Shown here one piece after another: positions 9,783-20,071 of a stretch of 52,858 nucleotides of DNA. A program made the translations under genes and the position numbers. The notes below the pieces were generated by a model, which worked only from the letters and a program-made list of their open reading frames with translations, was not told where the DNA came from and did not search any database. The DNA comes from an uncultured Planctomycetia bacterium (GTDB lineage Bacteria > Omnitrophota > Gorgyraeia > Duberdicusellales > 4484-171). Position 1 is the first letter of the stretch, and each line of letters starts with the position of its first letter. The DNA is taken from assembly GCA_964455085.1 (NCBI GenBank), contig CAYVYJ010000009.1, positions 1-52,858 of the forward strand, given 5' to 3'.

Positions 9783-10241
9783 TTATATTTGCGAATAAAT
9801 GTTGGCCATCTCCAAAGCAGTTAGGGCCGCATCTCTACCCTTATTGCCTTGTTTTGTTCCGGCTCGCTCTACTGCCTGTTCAACAGTATCAGCAGTAATC
9901 ACTCCCAGAGTAATAGGAATTCTCTTCTCCTGCGAGATACGAGCTATTCCTTTGGTTACTTCTGAAGCAATATAATCAAAATGGGGAGTCTCACCTCTGA
10001 TAACTGCTCCTAGTGCAATAACGGCGTTAAATTTCTTTGTATCCAGTTTGTTTAACACTTGAGGTATTTCAAAAGAACCCGGTGTCCAAATAATCGAAAC
10101 ATTTTCTTCAATTACTCCTGACTTTCTTAAGGTATCCAGACAACCCTGAAGTAACTGGTTACTAATAAATTCATTAAATCGTGAAATAACAATAGCTATT
10201 TTTTTACCCTGCCCCGAAAAACTTCCCTTTACCTCTTTCAT
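9783..10241 (-). CDS. ribH: 6,7-dimethyl-8-ribityllumazine synthase
   Basis: SRFNEFI, PGSFEIP, GAVIRGETPHFDYI, GNKGRDAA. Confidence 0.98.
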   Translation of the reverse strand: MKEVKGSFSGQGKKIAIVISRFNEFISNQLLQGCLDTLRKSGVIEENVSIIWTPGSFEIPQVLNKLDTKKFNAVIALGAVIRGETPHFDYIASEVTKGIARISQEKRIPITLGVITADTVEQAVERAGTKQGNKGRDAALTALEMANIYSQI

Positions 10242-10266
10242 ATCTACCTCCCTTATCCTTGTTACG

Positions 10267-11454
10267 TTACAATATATGATCCAATTTTTTTTTCTTGGTC
10301 TTTAAGTAGTGTTGGCTATTTTCTCCCTGCTCTATTTTTATCGGTACCCGTTCGCTAATCTCTAAACCATAACCTTCAAGACCAATAATTTTTTTAGGGT
10401 TGTTGGTAAGCAGCCGGATTTTTTTTACTCCTAAATCTGCCAATATTTGAGCTCCGATTCCGTAATCTCTTAAATCAGGAGGAAATCCTAAAAGATGGTT
10501 TGCCTCTACAGTATCGATTCCTTTCTCCTGCAAGCTGTAGGCTTTTATCTTATTCTTAAGGCCGATACCCCTTCCTTCTTGGCGCAGATAAAGAAGAATA
10601 CCCCCTTCTTGATTAATTATTTCTAAGGATTTCTCTAGTTGCCTGCCACAATCACATCTTCGGGAAAGAAACATATCGCCGGTAAGACACTCGGAGTGGA
10701 CACGGACAAGAATAGGTTTATCGGTAACTTCATTCTTGACTAAAGCAATATGTTCACTATTATCAATTAAAGACTCATAAAGAAAAAAAGTAAATTGACC
10801 ATAATCAGTAGGTAAATTGACTTTCTCCACTAATCTTACTAATTTTTCTTTTTTCCGGCGATATTCAATTAAGGAAGCAATGGTACAGATTTTTAAATCC
10901 TGTTCCTTGGCAAATTCGATCAGGTCTGGGAGTCTAGCCATAGAACCATCTTGATTTATAATTTCGCAAATTACTCCGGCAGGATAAAGACCGGCTAATT
11001 TTACTAAATCAACAGCTGCCTCAGTGTGCCCAGCCCTTACTAAGACTCCACCTTCTTTAGCTTCTAAAGGAAAAATATGTCCGGGCTTAATTAAATCATC
11101 AGGAGTGCTCTGGGCAGAAATTAAAACTTCTATTGTCCGGGCCCGATCAAAGGCTGAAATTCCAGTAGTTGTTCCAGTGGCTGCATCAACAGAAATTCTC
11201 CAAGCGGTTTTAAAAGGGTCTGCTCCAGGGTGATAGTGCATCGGATCCAATCCTAAATCGTTAATCCGCTCCTTAGTAAGTGGAACACAGACTAAACCCT
11301 TTGCTTCGGTAATCATAAAATTGATGATCTCAGGCTTAGCAAACTGAGCCGCGATGATTAAATCACCCTCATTTTCTCTGGCCTCATCATCAACCACGAT
11401 AACCGGCCGGCCAGCCTTAATCTCTAAAAGAATATCTTCAATATGGGTAAACAT
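10267..11454 (-). CDS. ribBA: DHBP synthase / GTP cyclohydrolase II
   Basis: [50 protein letters not shown]. Confidence 0.98.
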   Translation of the reverse strand: MFTHIEDILLEIKAGRPVIVVDDEARENEGDLIIAAQFAKPEIINFMITEAKGLVCVPLTKERINDLGLDPMHYHPGADPFKTAWRISVDAATGTTTGISAFDRARTIEVLISAQSTPDDLIKPGHIFPLEAKEGGVLVRAGHTEAAVDLVKLAGLYPAGVICEIINQDGSMARLPDLIEFAKEQDLKICTIASLIEYRRKKEKLVRLVEKVNLPTDYGQFTFFLYESLIDNSEHIALVKNEVTDKPILVRVHSECLTGDMFLSRRCDCGRQLEKSLEIINQEGGILLYLRQEGRGIGLKNKIKAYSLQEKGIDTVEANHLLGFPPDLRDYGIGAQILADLGVKKIRLLTNNPKKIIGLEGYGLEISERVPIKIEQGENSQHYLKTKKKKLDHIL

Positions 11455-11477
11455 AATTGGCTCTTAAAGTGTAAAAT

Positions 11478-11506
11478 AACTTAACTCATTCACCCTTAAT
11501 TGTCAA
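11478..11506 (-). promoter_or_regulatory. Putative sigma70 promoter for rib operon
   Basis: TTGACA-17 nt-TAAGTT on - strand. Confidence 0.45.
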
Positions 11507-11556
11507 GGGCTTTTAAACATCCTGTTTTTTTGGGGAATATGAGTACAAGCAACGAA

Positions 11557-11973
11557 TTATCGCTTGGTCCACTGGAATCGGCGGCGGGCGCCTTTGCGGC
11601 CATACTTTTTTCTTTCTTTGGCCCGGGGATCACGAGTAAGTAGCTCTTCTCTGCGCAATAAAGTTCTTAGCTGAGGATTCCATTCTACCAGGCATCGAGA
11701 GATGCCTAAGCTGACTGCTCCGGCTTGGCCACTCACTCCACCTCCACTTACCTTAGCTAAAACATCTGCCTTTCCTTGAAGTTCAGTGACTATTAAAGGC
11801 TTTTTAATCTGGATAATATTATCGATAGTAGAGAAATAATTTTCAATCTTTCTGCCGTTAACGAGGATTTTTCCTTCCCCCTTAGGGAAAAATCTTACCC
11901 GAGCAGCTGCTTCTTTTCTTCTCCCGGTAGCCATAAACATCTCTTTTTCCCTTAGCTTTTCTTTTTTTTCCAT
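11557..11973 (-). CDS. rpsI: 30S ribosomal protein S9
   Basis: TGRRKEAAARV, GGGVSGQAGA, LLTRDPRAKERKKYGRKGARRRFQWTKR. Confidence 0.98.
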   Translation of the reverse strand: MEKKEKLREKEMFMATGRRKEAAARVRFFPKGEGKILVNGRKIENYFSTIDNIIQIKKPLIVTELQGKADVLAKVSGGGVSGQAGAVSLGISRCLVEWNPQLRTLLRREELLTRDPRAKERKKYGRKGARRRFQWTKR

Positions 11974-11975
11974 AA

Positions 11976-12401
11976 TTAAATACTTATAGTTTGCGGTTTT
12001 TGAGCCTTTTGCCCATGTTCACCCTGAGGATAAATTTTCAGCGACTTAAGCATTTGGGCGCCTAAATTACTTTTGGGAAGCATCCCCTTTACAGCCAAAT
12101 AGAGTATGCGGGAAGGATTCTTCTGGCTTAATACCTTAAGAGGCATCACTTTACGACCGTTATGAAAACCAGTAAACTTATCATAAATTTTGCTATCGCC
12201 CTTATTAGCAGTAAATTTCAGATATTTTGCGTTTACCACAACCACCCTGTCTCCGCAAAGAAAATTGGGGCTATAAGTAGCCTTGGTCTTACCCTGCAAT
12301 ACCTTGGCTATCCGGGTAGATAAGCGACCTAAAACCTTATCCTTAGCATCGATAAGCAGCCATTTCCGCTCTTCCTTATTGAAAAATTTGGTCTTTGGCA
12401 T
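11976..12401 (-). CDS. rplM: 50S ribosomal protein L13
   Basis: WLLIDAKDKVLGRL, GDRVVVVNA, AVKGMLPK, AQKP; upstream of rpsI. Confidence 0.97.
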   Translation of the reverse strand: MPKTKFFNKEERKWLLIDAKDKVLGRLSTRIAKVLQGKTKATYSPNFLCGDRVVVVNAKYLKFTANKGDSKIYDKFTGFHNGRKVMPLKVLSQKNPSRILYLAVKGMLPKSNLGAQMLKSLKIYPQGEHGQKAQKPQTISI

Positions 12402-12408
12402 AGACAGT

Positions 12409-12436
12409 TTTATACCATATTCCTAAATATTGTCAA
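12409..12436 (-). promoter_or_regulatory. Putative promoter for rplM-rpsI, 7 nt before ATG
   Basis: TTGACA-16 nt-TATAAA with extended TG; -35 lies inside the hisA 3' end. Confidence 0.6.
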
Positions 12437-13151
12437 TATTTATATTTTCCCAGGCGATCTTTCCTTCATAAAGGGCCTTACCAACAACCACTCCCCAGAT
12501 AAAGGGTAGCTCTTGCGCAATTTTTTTAATATCCTCAAGGGAAGACACCCCGCCAGAGATAATAATATTAACCTTTTTACCCCCAGTAAGCAATGCCTTA
12601 AACTCCCTTATCGGCTCTAAGTTTATCCCCTCCAAGGTCCCATCGCGAGAAATATCAGTATAAATTATCCACTTTATCCCCTTAGCTACCAGATTAGCTA
12701 TAAAATCCAAAGTCTTAAATGTTGTTTTCTCTTGCCATCCTTTTATTGCCAGATGAGAATCAATAGTATCTACGCTTACAGCGATTTTTTCTACCCCTAA
12801 TGATTTTATTAAATTTTTAAGAAACTTATCATCCAGACTCTTGGTCCCTACGATTATTCTCTGGGCTCCCAAAGAAATTAACTCTTTTGCTTTCTCGATA
12901 TCTCTTATGCCGCCACCGATCTGGACTTTAACATCGGCTTCTTTTAAAATTTCAGCAATAATATCCGAATTATCTTGATGATCTAAAGCTGCTGATAGAT
13001 CAACTAGATGAAGAAGTTTTGCTCCTAATTTCTCCCAACTTTTAGCTACCTCAAGCGGCTTATTACTATACACGGTAGAAGCGGCTGGATTACCCCTTAA
13101 AAGACGAACCACCTTACCGTCCCAGAGATCAATTGCTGGTATTACTAACAT
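12423..13151 (-). CDS. hisA: ProFAR isomerase HisA
   Basis: IPAIDLWDGKVVRL, QIGGGIR, YTDISRDGTLEG, SGGV, GKALYEG. Confidence 0.97.
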   Translation of the reverse strand: MLVIPAIDLWDGKVVRLLRGNPAASTVYSNKPLEVAKSWEKLGAKLLHLVDLSAALDHQDNSDIIAEILKEADVKVQIGGGIRDIEKAKELISLGAQRIIVGTKSLDDKFLKNLIKSLGVEKIAVSVDTIDSHLAIKGWQEKTTFKTLDFIANLVAKGIKWIIYTDISRDGTLEGINLEPIREFKALLTGGKKVNIIISGGVSSLEDIKKIAQELPFIWGVVVGKALYEGKIAWENINIDNI

Positions 13152-13768
13152 AGTTTAAGGAAATTATTAAAAACCTTTAAACCTAACTTTTGACTTTTTT
13201 CAGGATGAAATTGTACCGCCCAGATATCATCTTTATGTAAAGAAGATGCAAATTTGCTCCCGTAGGTAGTGGTAGATAAGATAACCCCGCTTTCTTTTGG
13301 CTGACAATAATAGGAATGAGCAAAGTAAAAAAAACTGCCATCCTTTACTCCCTTGAATAACACATTTTCCTTCTTCCTTTTTCCTTTATCCTTTATCCTT
13401 ATTTGGTTCCATCCCATGTGCGGAACAATCAACTTCTTGTTAGCAAACTTTCTCACTTGACCCCTTATAACCCCTAATCCTTTTATGCCCGGGGCTTCCT
13501 GGCTCTTCTCCAGCAATAACTGCATCCCCAGGCAAATTCCCAGCAATGGTATTCCTTGGTTTATTTTTTCCTTAAGAAGGTTAAAAAGCTTTCTTTTTTT
13601 TAGCTCTTTAACTGCCCGGCCAAAGTGTCCTACTCCCGGAAGGATTATCTTCTTGGCCTTACTTATCGTAGCCGGAGAATCACTTACCCTGACCCGCTTG
13701 CTTAAGAAACGAGCGCTGTTCTCTAAGCTCTTTAAATTCCCCATCCCATAATCAACAATTACTATCAT
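13145..13768 (-). CDS. hisH: Imidazole glycerol phosphate synthase glutaminase subunit
   Basis: DYGMGNL, LPGVG, GICLGMQLL, VPHMGWN, QFHPEKS. Confidence 0.98.
   Translation of the reverse strand: MIVIVDYGMGNLKSLENSARFLSKRVRVSDSPATISKAKKIILPGVGHFGRAVKELKKRKLFNLLKEKINQGIPLLGICLGMQLLLEKSQEAPGIKGLGVIRGQVRKFANKKLIVPHMGWNQIRIKDKGKRKKENVLFKGVKDGSFFYFAHSYYCQPKESGVILSTTTYGSKFASSLHKDDIWAVQFHPEKSQKLGLKVFNNFLKLC
13368..13402. repeat. Five TCCTTNN heptamers inside hisH
   Basis: TCCTTCT TCCTTTT TCCTTTA TCCTTTA TCCTTAT, read as IRIKDKGKRKKE. Confidence 0.8.
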
Positions 13769-13783
13769 ATTTTAATTATCCGG

Positions 13784-14407
13784 TTAGTCGATTATTCCTT
13801 TTGTCGAAGGAACTCCTCTGCGGCGAGGGTCGATTTGCGAGGCCTGATCTAAAGCTATAGCAATGGCTTTAAACAGTGCTTCCAAAATGTGATGTAGATC
13901 TCCTTTGCCAGATTTAACAATATAAACCAGACTTAATCCGGCATGTTGCGCGAATGACTCCAGAAACTCCTCGGCATGTTTAAAGGTAAAATTAGTATCA
14001 TCAAATCTCTGGTCTGCTAATGTTTGGGCTTTTGATAAATCTCCATCTACCGATGGCCTTCCGCTGATATCAATATTTGCCTCAACTACTACCTTATCCA
14101 TAGTCGCTGAAAATGAACCATAACGGTTGATGCCAGATTTATCTCCCAAAGCTTCCCTTAAGGCTTTACCTAAAGCAATGCCAATATCTTCAATGATGTG
14201 ATGCTGAAGGTCACCTTTGGCATCGAGACTTAAATCAAACAACCCGTGGAATGAAAATAAAGTAAGTAAATGGTTAAGCGGTTCAAAACCGGTATTTATG
14301 CTGACCTTCCCCTTACCGTCAACAACAAACTCACCCTTAATATCCACTTCGTTAGTCTTTCTATTTATGGCAGCTTTTCTTACCTGCTTACTCTTCTTAA
14401 ACCACAT
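13784..14407 (-). CDS. hisB: Imidazoleglycerol-phosphate dehydratase
   Basis: RKTNEVDI, HHIIEDIGIALG, DISGRP, HHILEALFKA, VPSTKG. Confidence 0.96.
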   Translation of the reverse strand: MWFKKSKQVRKAAINRKTNEVDIKGEFVVDGKGKVSINTGFEPLNHLLTLFSFHGLFDLSLDAKGDLQHHIIEDIGIALGKALREALGDKSGINRYGSFSATMDKVVVEANIDISGRPSVDGDLSKAQTLADQRFDDTNFTFKHAEEFLESFAQHAGLSLVYIVKSGKGDLHHILEALFKAIAIALDQASQIDPRRRGVPSTKGIID

Positions 14408-14419
14408 ATATCCTCCATT

Positions 14420-15637
14420 TTAAGTCAATCGTTTCTTAACGCTCTCGATGTGTTTAACCATCCCCTCAAGGGTAGCTATTTTTTCTAAAACTTGTTCCTC
14501 TTCCTGCAGAGCTTTCTTAGTGTAGTTTATAATGTGCGACTCTTTAAGAAAAGACCTAACTGAAAGACAGGAGAAGAATCGACTAGTACCGGCAGTAGGA
14601 AGAATGTGACTTGGTCCGGCAGTATAATCTCCTAAAGCAACCGGCGTATAGTCCCCTAAGAATATTGCGCCGGCATTTCTGATTTTTTTTATCAGCGAAG
14701 AAGGCTTTTTGGTTAAAATTTCTAAATGCTCGGGAGCAATACAATTCACTACCCGGCAACCTTCTTCGAAATTTCTTACTCGTAGAGCTAAGCCGGGAAC
14801 TTTTCTCTTCCTTACCTCCCTGATAATTTTTCGGGAATTAGTAATTAAGATTCCTAACCCGTTATAGTGCTCTATTTGAGCCTCTAAATCCCAAACAATA
14901 TGTTCGATATTAGCATCTTTGGAAGCTAAGATAACTACCTCTGAGGGTCCGGCAAGCATATCAATATCTACCTCTCCAAAAAGCTGACGTTTAGCCTCAG
15001 TCACAAACTCATTCCCAGGGCCGACAACTTTATCTACCTTCCTTATGGTCTTAGTACCGCAGGCTAAAGCGGCAATAGCTTGAGCACCTCCGATACGATA
15101 TATCTCTTTTATCTTAAGCAAAGAACCCAAAGCTAAGATAAAAGGATTTATATTTTTGTCTTTACCTGGCGGTGAAACTAAAACTATTTCTCTAACCCCG
15201 GCAACCAAGGCTGGAATAACAGCCATATATACTGAGGAAACCAAAGGAGCGGTTCCAGCCGGAACGTATACTCCCACTCGCTCTAAAGGCAGGTAGCGAC
15301 TGACAAGAGTTTTACCGCTATCCTCTTTAACTCTAACTGTTTTAGGAACTTGCCCCTTGTAAAACTTTGTTACATTATCCATAGCCAGTTTAAAGGATGA
15401 TATTAGCGATGAATCCAATTCATTGAAAGCAGCACTTATCTCAGATTCGGAAATCCTTAACTCCCGAACCGATACCTTTACCTTATCGAACTTATTGGTA
15501 TATTCGACTAAAGCATTATCTCCGTTCTCGCAGACACCTTTAATTATCTTACTGACTTTTTCGTGAACTTTGTTTTTACGCACCCGCTTCCTATGAAGTA
15601 ACTTCTCTAAACTCTCTAAATTTCGTACAACTCTCAT
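14420..15637 (-). CDS. hisD: Histidinol dehydrogenase
   Basis: VGVYVPAG, GGAQAIAALA, VGPGNEFV, IDMLAGPSE, APEHLE, GDYTAGPSHILPT. Confidence 0.96.
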   Translation of the reverse strand: MRVVRNLESLEKLLHRKRVRKNKVHEKVSKIIKGVCENGDNALVEYTNKFDKVKVSVRELRISESEISAAFNELDSSLISSFKLAMDNVTKFYKGQVPKTVRVKEDSGKTLVSRYLPLERVGVYVPAGTAPLVSSVYMAVIPALVAGVREIVLVSPPGKDKNINPFILALGSLLKIKEIYRIGGAQAIAALACGTKTIRKVDKVVGPGNEFVTEAKRQLFGEVDIDMLAGPSEVVILASKDANIEHIVWDLEAQIEHYNGLGILITNSRKIIREVRKRKVPGLALRVRNFEEGCRVVNCIAPEHLEILTKKPSSLIKKIRNAGAIFLGDYTPVALGDYTAGPSHILPTAGTSRFFSCLSVRSFLKESHIINYTKKALQEEEQVLEKIATLEGMVKHIESVKKRLT

Positions 15638-18171
15638 TTTTTTGTAAATTTAGCGAAGGCTCCTTTTACCCTACCTACGAAATCAGCTCCCATATTGCCG
15701 ACAGCTCCCTGATTTGTCTTATCTTTTTTCCCGCCGGCTAAAGATAATTCTTTTTTAAATTTGTCAATAAATGCTCCGGAAGTTATTCCTTTTTTAATCA
15801 AGTCATCAGTAACTGAACAAACAAAAATATTCTTGCCAGCAACCTCTCTTACTATAAAAATAAAACCAGAGTCTATTTTCTGTCTTAACCTATCGGATAA
15901 TCTAAGCATAACCCTAAACTCTTCCTGGCTTGAAATTGAATCTATCTTATCATAATCAAACAAAAAATTCACCTGGTTTATGAGCTCAGGGATTTTCCTT
16001 AAAACTCTCGCCTCTTCTTCGGCAACTGCCGGGCCGATCTTTGCCTGATTAGCCTTCTTTTCTTTTTTTATGACCTTATCTACCTTCTTTTGAAAATTTC
16101 TAATTACCTGGGCCTTTTTACCGACTGATGCCCTAATCCTTCTGATCCCGCTGCTTATCGAAGATTCGCGTTCGATCTCAAAATCATTGATCTGAGTAGT
16201 ATTATTAACGTGTATACCGCCGCATAGCTCTTTGCTGTAATCGGAAATCGATACTACTCTTACCTTGTCCTGATACTTATCCTTAAAAAAAGCTAAAGCC
16301 CCTTCTTTTTTGGCCTCGGCAAAACTGACCTCTTTTTTCCTGACTCGGTCTCCGCTTTTGACAAATTTCCTAACTAGATCTCCTACTTTTTTCCTCTCGG
16401 CATCGGTTAATCGGTTAAAATGCGTAAAATCAAAACGAAAACTATCTTCATCAACTAAGGAACCCTGCTGGGTAACATGGTCTCCTAAAACTTTGCGCAA
16501 AGCTGCCTGCAAGAGATGGGTAGCAGTATGAGCCCGAGCCAGGGCTTCTCTTCTTTTAAGATCAACAATTGCCGAAGCAATTCCCGGCTCGATTTTTCCC
16601 TTAACTATTTTGCCTTTATGGACAATAGCATCATTGACTTTAAAAACTTCTAAAACTTCAAACTCCCCTTTTTTTGTGCTAATAATACCCTTATCGCAGA
16701 GCTGGCCTCCTGAAGAAGGGTAAAAGGGGGTTTTATCTAAAATAACTAAACCCGGCTCAAGAAATACTCGCTCTATCCTGACTATACTCTTAGCAAGCTT
16801 ATAGCCGATAAATTCAGTTTTTTCAACCAGATTCAGTTTTCCTTCGGCAAATATGCTTTCATCAAACATGCTCTTTTTCCGAGAACGTTCTTGCTGATCT
16901 TTTAGGAGCTTGGCAAAACCCTTTTCATCTACTTTAAAACCTTTAGCAAAATCTTTAAGCATCTCTAAAGGAACGCCGTAAGTATCATACAAACGAAAAG
17001 CATCTTCAGCCCTTAGAGTTTTTTTATTGCTGGCCTTTAAAGACCTTATGACTGCGCTGGCTCGGATTTTTCCTTCTTCCAACATCAAGAAATATTTTTC
17101 CTCCTCAGACAATATAATCTGTGAAATGTTATCTTTTTTTTGCTTAATTTCCGGATAGGCACTACCCATAAGCTGCACAAAAAATTCCGGCAATTTAAAA
17201 AGAAAAGGTTGTTTATTGCCTAAACCTCTTGCTTTAAGCAGTGCTCTTCTTGTAATTTTTCTTATTACGTAGCCTCTTCCTTCATTGGAGGGGTAAACCC
17301 CGTCAGCAATTGCAAAAGTAGCAGCCCGGGCATGGTCAACAATAGCATTTACAGAACTATTGACTAATTTTTCGGGACGAGAACTTTTATCAACCATTTT
17401 CCTAACTTCTTCTACAACCGGAGCTAAAATATCAATTTCGAAATTGGACTCCTTACCCTGTAAAACAGCTGCCATTCTTTCCAATCCCATACCAGTATCA
17501 ATGTTCTTCTGGGGTAAAGGCTCTAATTTGTTTACTCCTACCCGGTTAAACTGGGTAAATACTAAATTCCAAACTTCCACAAACCGGCCGCAACTACAAT
17601 CAGGATTACAACCGGCCCTCTTGCACCCAACATCTTCCTCCTGATCAAAGAAAATTTCCGAACATGGTCCGCACGGACCATTGGGCCCGTTACTGGGAGC
17701 ATTGGCCGGCCAAAAATTACTATCTTCGCCTAGTTTAACTATTTTTTCCGCAGGCACACCAATCTTGTCCTTCCAAATACTATAAGCTTCATCATCATCT
17801 TTATATACAGAAACCCACAATTTCTTTGCGTCTATATCCAAATCTTTGATCAGGAATTCCCAGGCAAATTCGATAGCTTCTTTTTTGAAGTAATTCCCAA
17901 AGGAAAAATTTCCTAACATTTCAAAAAAGGTATGATGGTATGCTGTTTTACCGACTTTCTCTAAGTCACCGGTACGCAAACACTTCTGGCAGGAAACTGC
18001 TCTGGCTATATCCTTCTTCTCACCTAAAAAGTAAGGTTTAAACTGGTTCATCCCGGCTGAGGTAAAAAGAAGAGAGGCATCATCAGGAACCAGAGTATCA
18101 GAAGCAAAAAACTTATGGTTCTTCTTTTCAAAAAATTCCAGGTATTTTTTCCTTAATTCACTTGTCTTCAA
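15634..18171 (-). CDS. alaS: Alanine--tRNA ligase
   Basis: LLFTSAGMNQFK, HHTFFEMLGNFSFG, IDTGMGLER, editing motifs HTATHLL and ELCGGIH. Confidence 0.98.
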   Translation of the reverse strand: MKTSELRKKYLEFFEKKNHKFFASDTLVPDDASLLFTSAGMNQFKPYFLGEKKDIARAVSCQKCLRTGDLEKVGKTAYHHTFFEMLGNFSFGNYFKKEAIEFAWEFLIKDLDIDAKKLWVSVYKDDDEAYSIWKDKIGVPAEKIVKLGEDSNFWPANAPSNGPNGPCGPCSEIFFDQEEDVGCKRAGCNPDCSCGRFVEVWNLVFTQFNRVGVNKLEPLPQKNIDTGMGLERMAAVLQGKESNFEIDILAPVVEEVRKMVDKSSRPEKLVNSSVNAIVDHARAATFAIADGVYPSNEGRGYVIRKITRRALLKARGLGNKQPFLFKLPEFFVQLMGSAYPEIKQKKDNISQIILSEEEKYFLMLEEGKIRASAVIRSLKASNKKTLRAEDAFRLYDTYGVPLEMLKDFAKGFKVDEKGFAKLLKDQQERSRKKSMFDESIFAEGKLNLVEKTEFIGYKLAKSIVRIERVFLEPGLVILDKTPFYPSSGGQLCDKGIISTKKGEFEVLEVFKVNDAIVHKGKIVKGKIEPGIASAIVDLKRREALARAHTATHLLQAALRKVLGDHVTQQGSLVDEDSFRFDFTHFNRLTDAERKKVGDLVRKFVKSGDRVRKKEVSFAEAKKEGALAFFKDKYQDKVRVVSISDYSKELCGGIHVNNTTQINDFEIERESSISSGIRRIRASVGKKAQVIRNFQKKVDKVIKKEKKANQAKIGPAVAEEEARVLRKIPELINQVNFLFDYDKIDSISSQEEFRVMLRLSDRLRQKIDSGFIFIVREVAGKNIFVCSVTDDLIKKGITSGAFIDKFKKELSLAGGKKDKTNQGAVGNMGADFVGRVKGAFAKFTKK

Positions 18172-18637
18172 ACCGATCTACTCCCAGATTTTTCATTTCC
18201 TGATAAATGGTTTCCGAATTAAACCCCTTTTGCACCAAATGACTTACTATCCTGTTCCAAATCTTCCTTAGCGTTATAGCCGGTTTCTTGGTTTTATAAT
18301 TATCCAGCTTTTTTATAATAGCCTCACGCACTATTTTGCTGTAATCAAAATCTTTATCTAAGGCTACTTTCCGCAAGGATAAAGAAATACCTAATTTCTT
18401 AAGGTTGAAATCAATTCTTCTGGGACCCCAACCTTTTTCTAATGCGTAACTGACAAAAAAATTGGTAAAATCTGCGTCGTTTAGATAGTTATTCTTCTCT
18501 AAATAACCTACTGTTTGTTCTCTTATTTTAGAAGCATACCCTTTCTTCTTAAGACGAGAAATTATCTCATTCCGGCTCCGGGCTCGATACTTTAGAAGAA
18601 GAAAAGAATAACTAAGGGCCTGATTAAAGTCTTTCAA
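18158..18637 (-). CDS. recX: Regulatory protein RecX
   Basis: LLKYRARSRNEI, YLNDADF, GPRRIDFNLKKLGI, LVQKGF; recA...alaS context. Confidence 0.9.
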   Translation of the reverse strand: MKDFNQALSYSFLLLKYRARSRNEIISRLKKKGYASKIREQTVGYLEKNNYLNDADFTNFFVSYALEKGWGPRRIDFNLKKLGISLSLRKVALDKDFDYSKIVREAIIKKLDNYKTKKPAITLRKIWNRIVSHLVQKGFNSETIYQEMKNLGVDRFEDK

Positions 18638-20053
18638 CTATTTCACTTTAAGAACAGAGTATCCGCGATTTGTCTTTATTAGGCAATTGCCTTTTATCTT
18701 AGAGGTAACAGTCTTAAACTTTTCTTTACTGTCTATTTTCTTATTTTCTACCTTAAGAACAACGTCGCCAACCTCTAATCCAGCCTTATCAGCTGCTGAA
18801 TCATCTTCGATATCAGTAATTACCGTTCCTTGATCAGTTTTTATCCTAAATCGTCTTTGGTAAAAAGGTGTTATGTCATCAACAGTCATGCCCCTGAATG
18901 AAACTTTATCTGAAGCATCTTCTACTTCTTCTATCTCTTCTCCTTCCTTAGGCATTTTACCTATCTTTACCAAAACTTTTATCTTCTTGCCATTTCGAAG
19001 AATCCCCAAAGGAATACGTTTACCAACACTAGATGCTGAAACCATACGTACCAAATCTCTGGTTGTCTTAACCGAATCCCCACCAAAGGTTAAAATTAAG
19101 TCTCCCTCCTTAAGGCCGCTTTCCTCAGCCGGAGAATCCTTATAAACTTTTAAGACTATTACCCCCACTCTTTCTTTGATCTCAAAATAATTACGTAAAT
19201 CATCATTTAAATTATCGATGGTTACACCCAGCCAGCCGTAGAGAATCTTCTCCCCGCTGAAAAGCTTATCTAAAATCTTCTTGGCTTTATTAATTGGCAT
19301 AGCAAATCCTAGGCCTTGATAACCCCCGGAAGTAGTAATAATTGCTGTATTAATACCGATAATTTCCCCCTTAAGATTTACCAGGGGACCGCCGCTATTG
19401 CCGGGGTTAATTGCGGCATCAGTCTGGATAAGGTCATCATAACCACGATCTCTTCTCCCTAAGGCTGGCAAATAACGATTTAAAGCACTTATTACACCTA
19501 CAGTAACGGTGGGTTCGGGGTTATCAATGGCAAATCCAAAAGGATTACCTATCGCTACCACCCACTTACCAATCTTAAGGTCATCTGAATTTCCCAGCTT
19601 TGTTACTGGAAGCCCTTTTGCATCTATCTTTATCACCGCCAGATCGCTTCGTTTATCGGTCCCTTTAATTTCGGCATCAAATTCTCTTCCATCAGATAGC
19701 TTAACCTTCACTTCGCTTGCCCCGCTAATGACATGCTCATTAGTAAGAATATATCCTTCTTTATCGACTATGACTCCACTGCCTAATCCTCTTCTTTCAT
19801 ACTCTCTCTCAGGAAATCCTCCAAAAAACTCTCCAAAGAATTGTTGGAACGGATCATCAAAACCCTCAAACGGAGAACCAAAGTAAAAATTACTTCCCAT
19901 CTTTTCTTTAACCACGCTACTTATAGAGACTACTGACTTACCCACGCTGGCGGCAACATCAATAGTTGCCTTCTCCAGCTCTGATACACCCTGAGAGTAA
20001 AGCGGCAAAGATATCAGGATGCAAATCACCAAACTAATTATATATTTACCCAT
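18638..20053 (-). CDS. DegP/HtrA (Do family) serine protease with two PDZ domains
   Basis: Signal peptide, GLGSGVI, ILTNEHV, DLAVIKI, QTDAAINPGNSGGPL. Confidence 0.96.
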   Translation of the reverse strand: MGKYIISLVICILISLPLYSQGVSELEKATIDVAASVGKSVVSISSVVKEKMGSNFYFGSPFEGFDDPFQQFFGEFFGGFPEREYERRGLGSGVIVDKEGYILTNEHVISGASEVKVKLSDGREFDAEIKGTDKRSDLAVIKIDAKGLPVTKLGNSDDLKIGKWVVAIGNPFGFAIDNPEPTVTVGVISALNRYLPALGRRDRGYDDLIQTDAAINPGNSGGPLVNLKGEIIGINTAIITTSGGYQGLGFAMPINKAKKILDKLFSGEKILYGWLGVTIDNLNDDLRNYFEIKERVGVIVLKVYKDSPAEESGLKEGDLILTFGGDSVKTTRDLVRMVSASSVGKRIPLGILRNGKKIKVLVKIGKMPKEGEEIEEVEDASDKVSFRGMTVDDITPFYQRRFRIKTDQGTVITDIEDDSAADKAGLEVGDVVLKVENKKIDSKEKFKTVTSKIKGNCLIKTNRGYSVLKVK

Positions 20054-20071
20054 AACTCCTCCTTTACGGTA

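Noticed and set aside
11455-11556. FMN riboswitch upstream of ribBA; also a TGAG...CGAA pair at about 11540-11556
   Set aside because: The spacer is only about 100 nt with no FMN aptamer motifs, and the TGAG/CGAA pair lacks supporting stems.
17340-17400. Possible repeat-derived insertion VDKSSRPEKLVNSS in AlaRS
   Set aside because: No clear nucleotide periodicity or palindrome; the region is variable in AlaRS.
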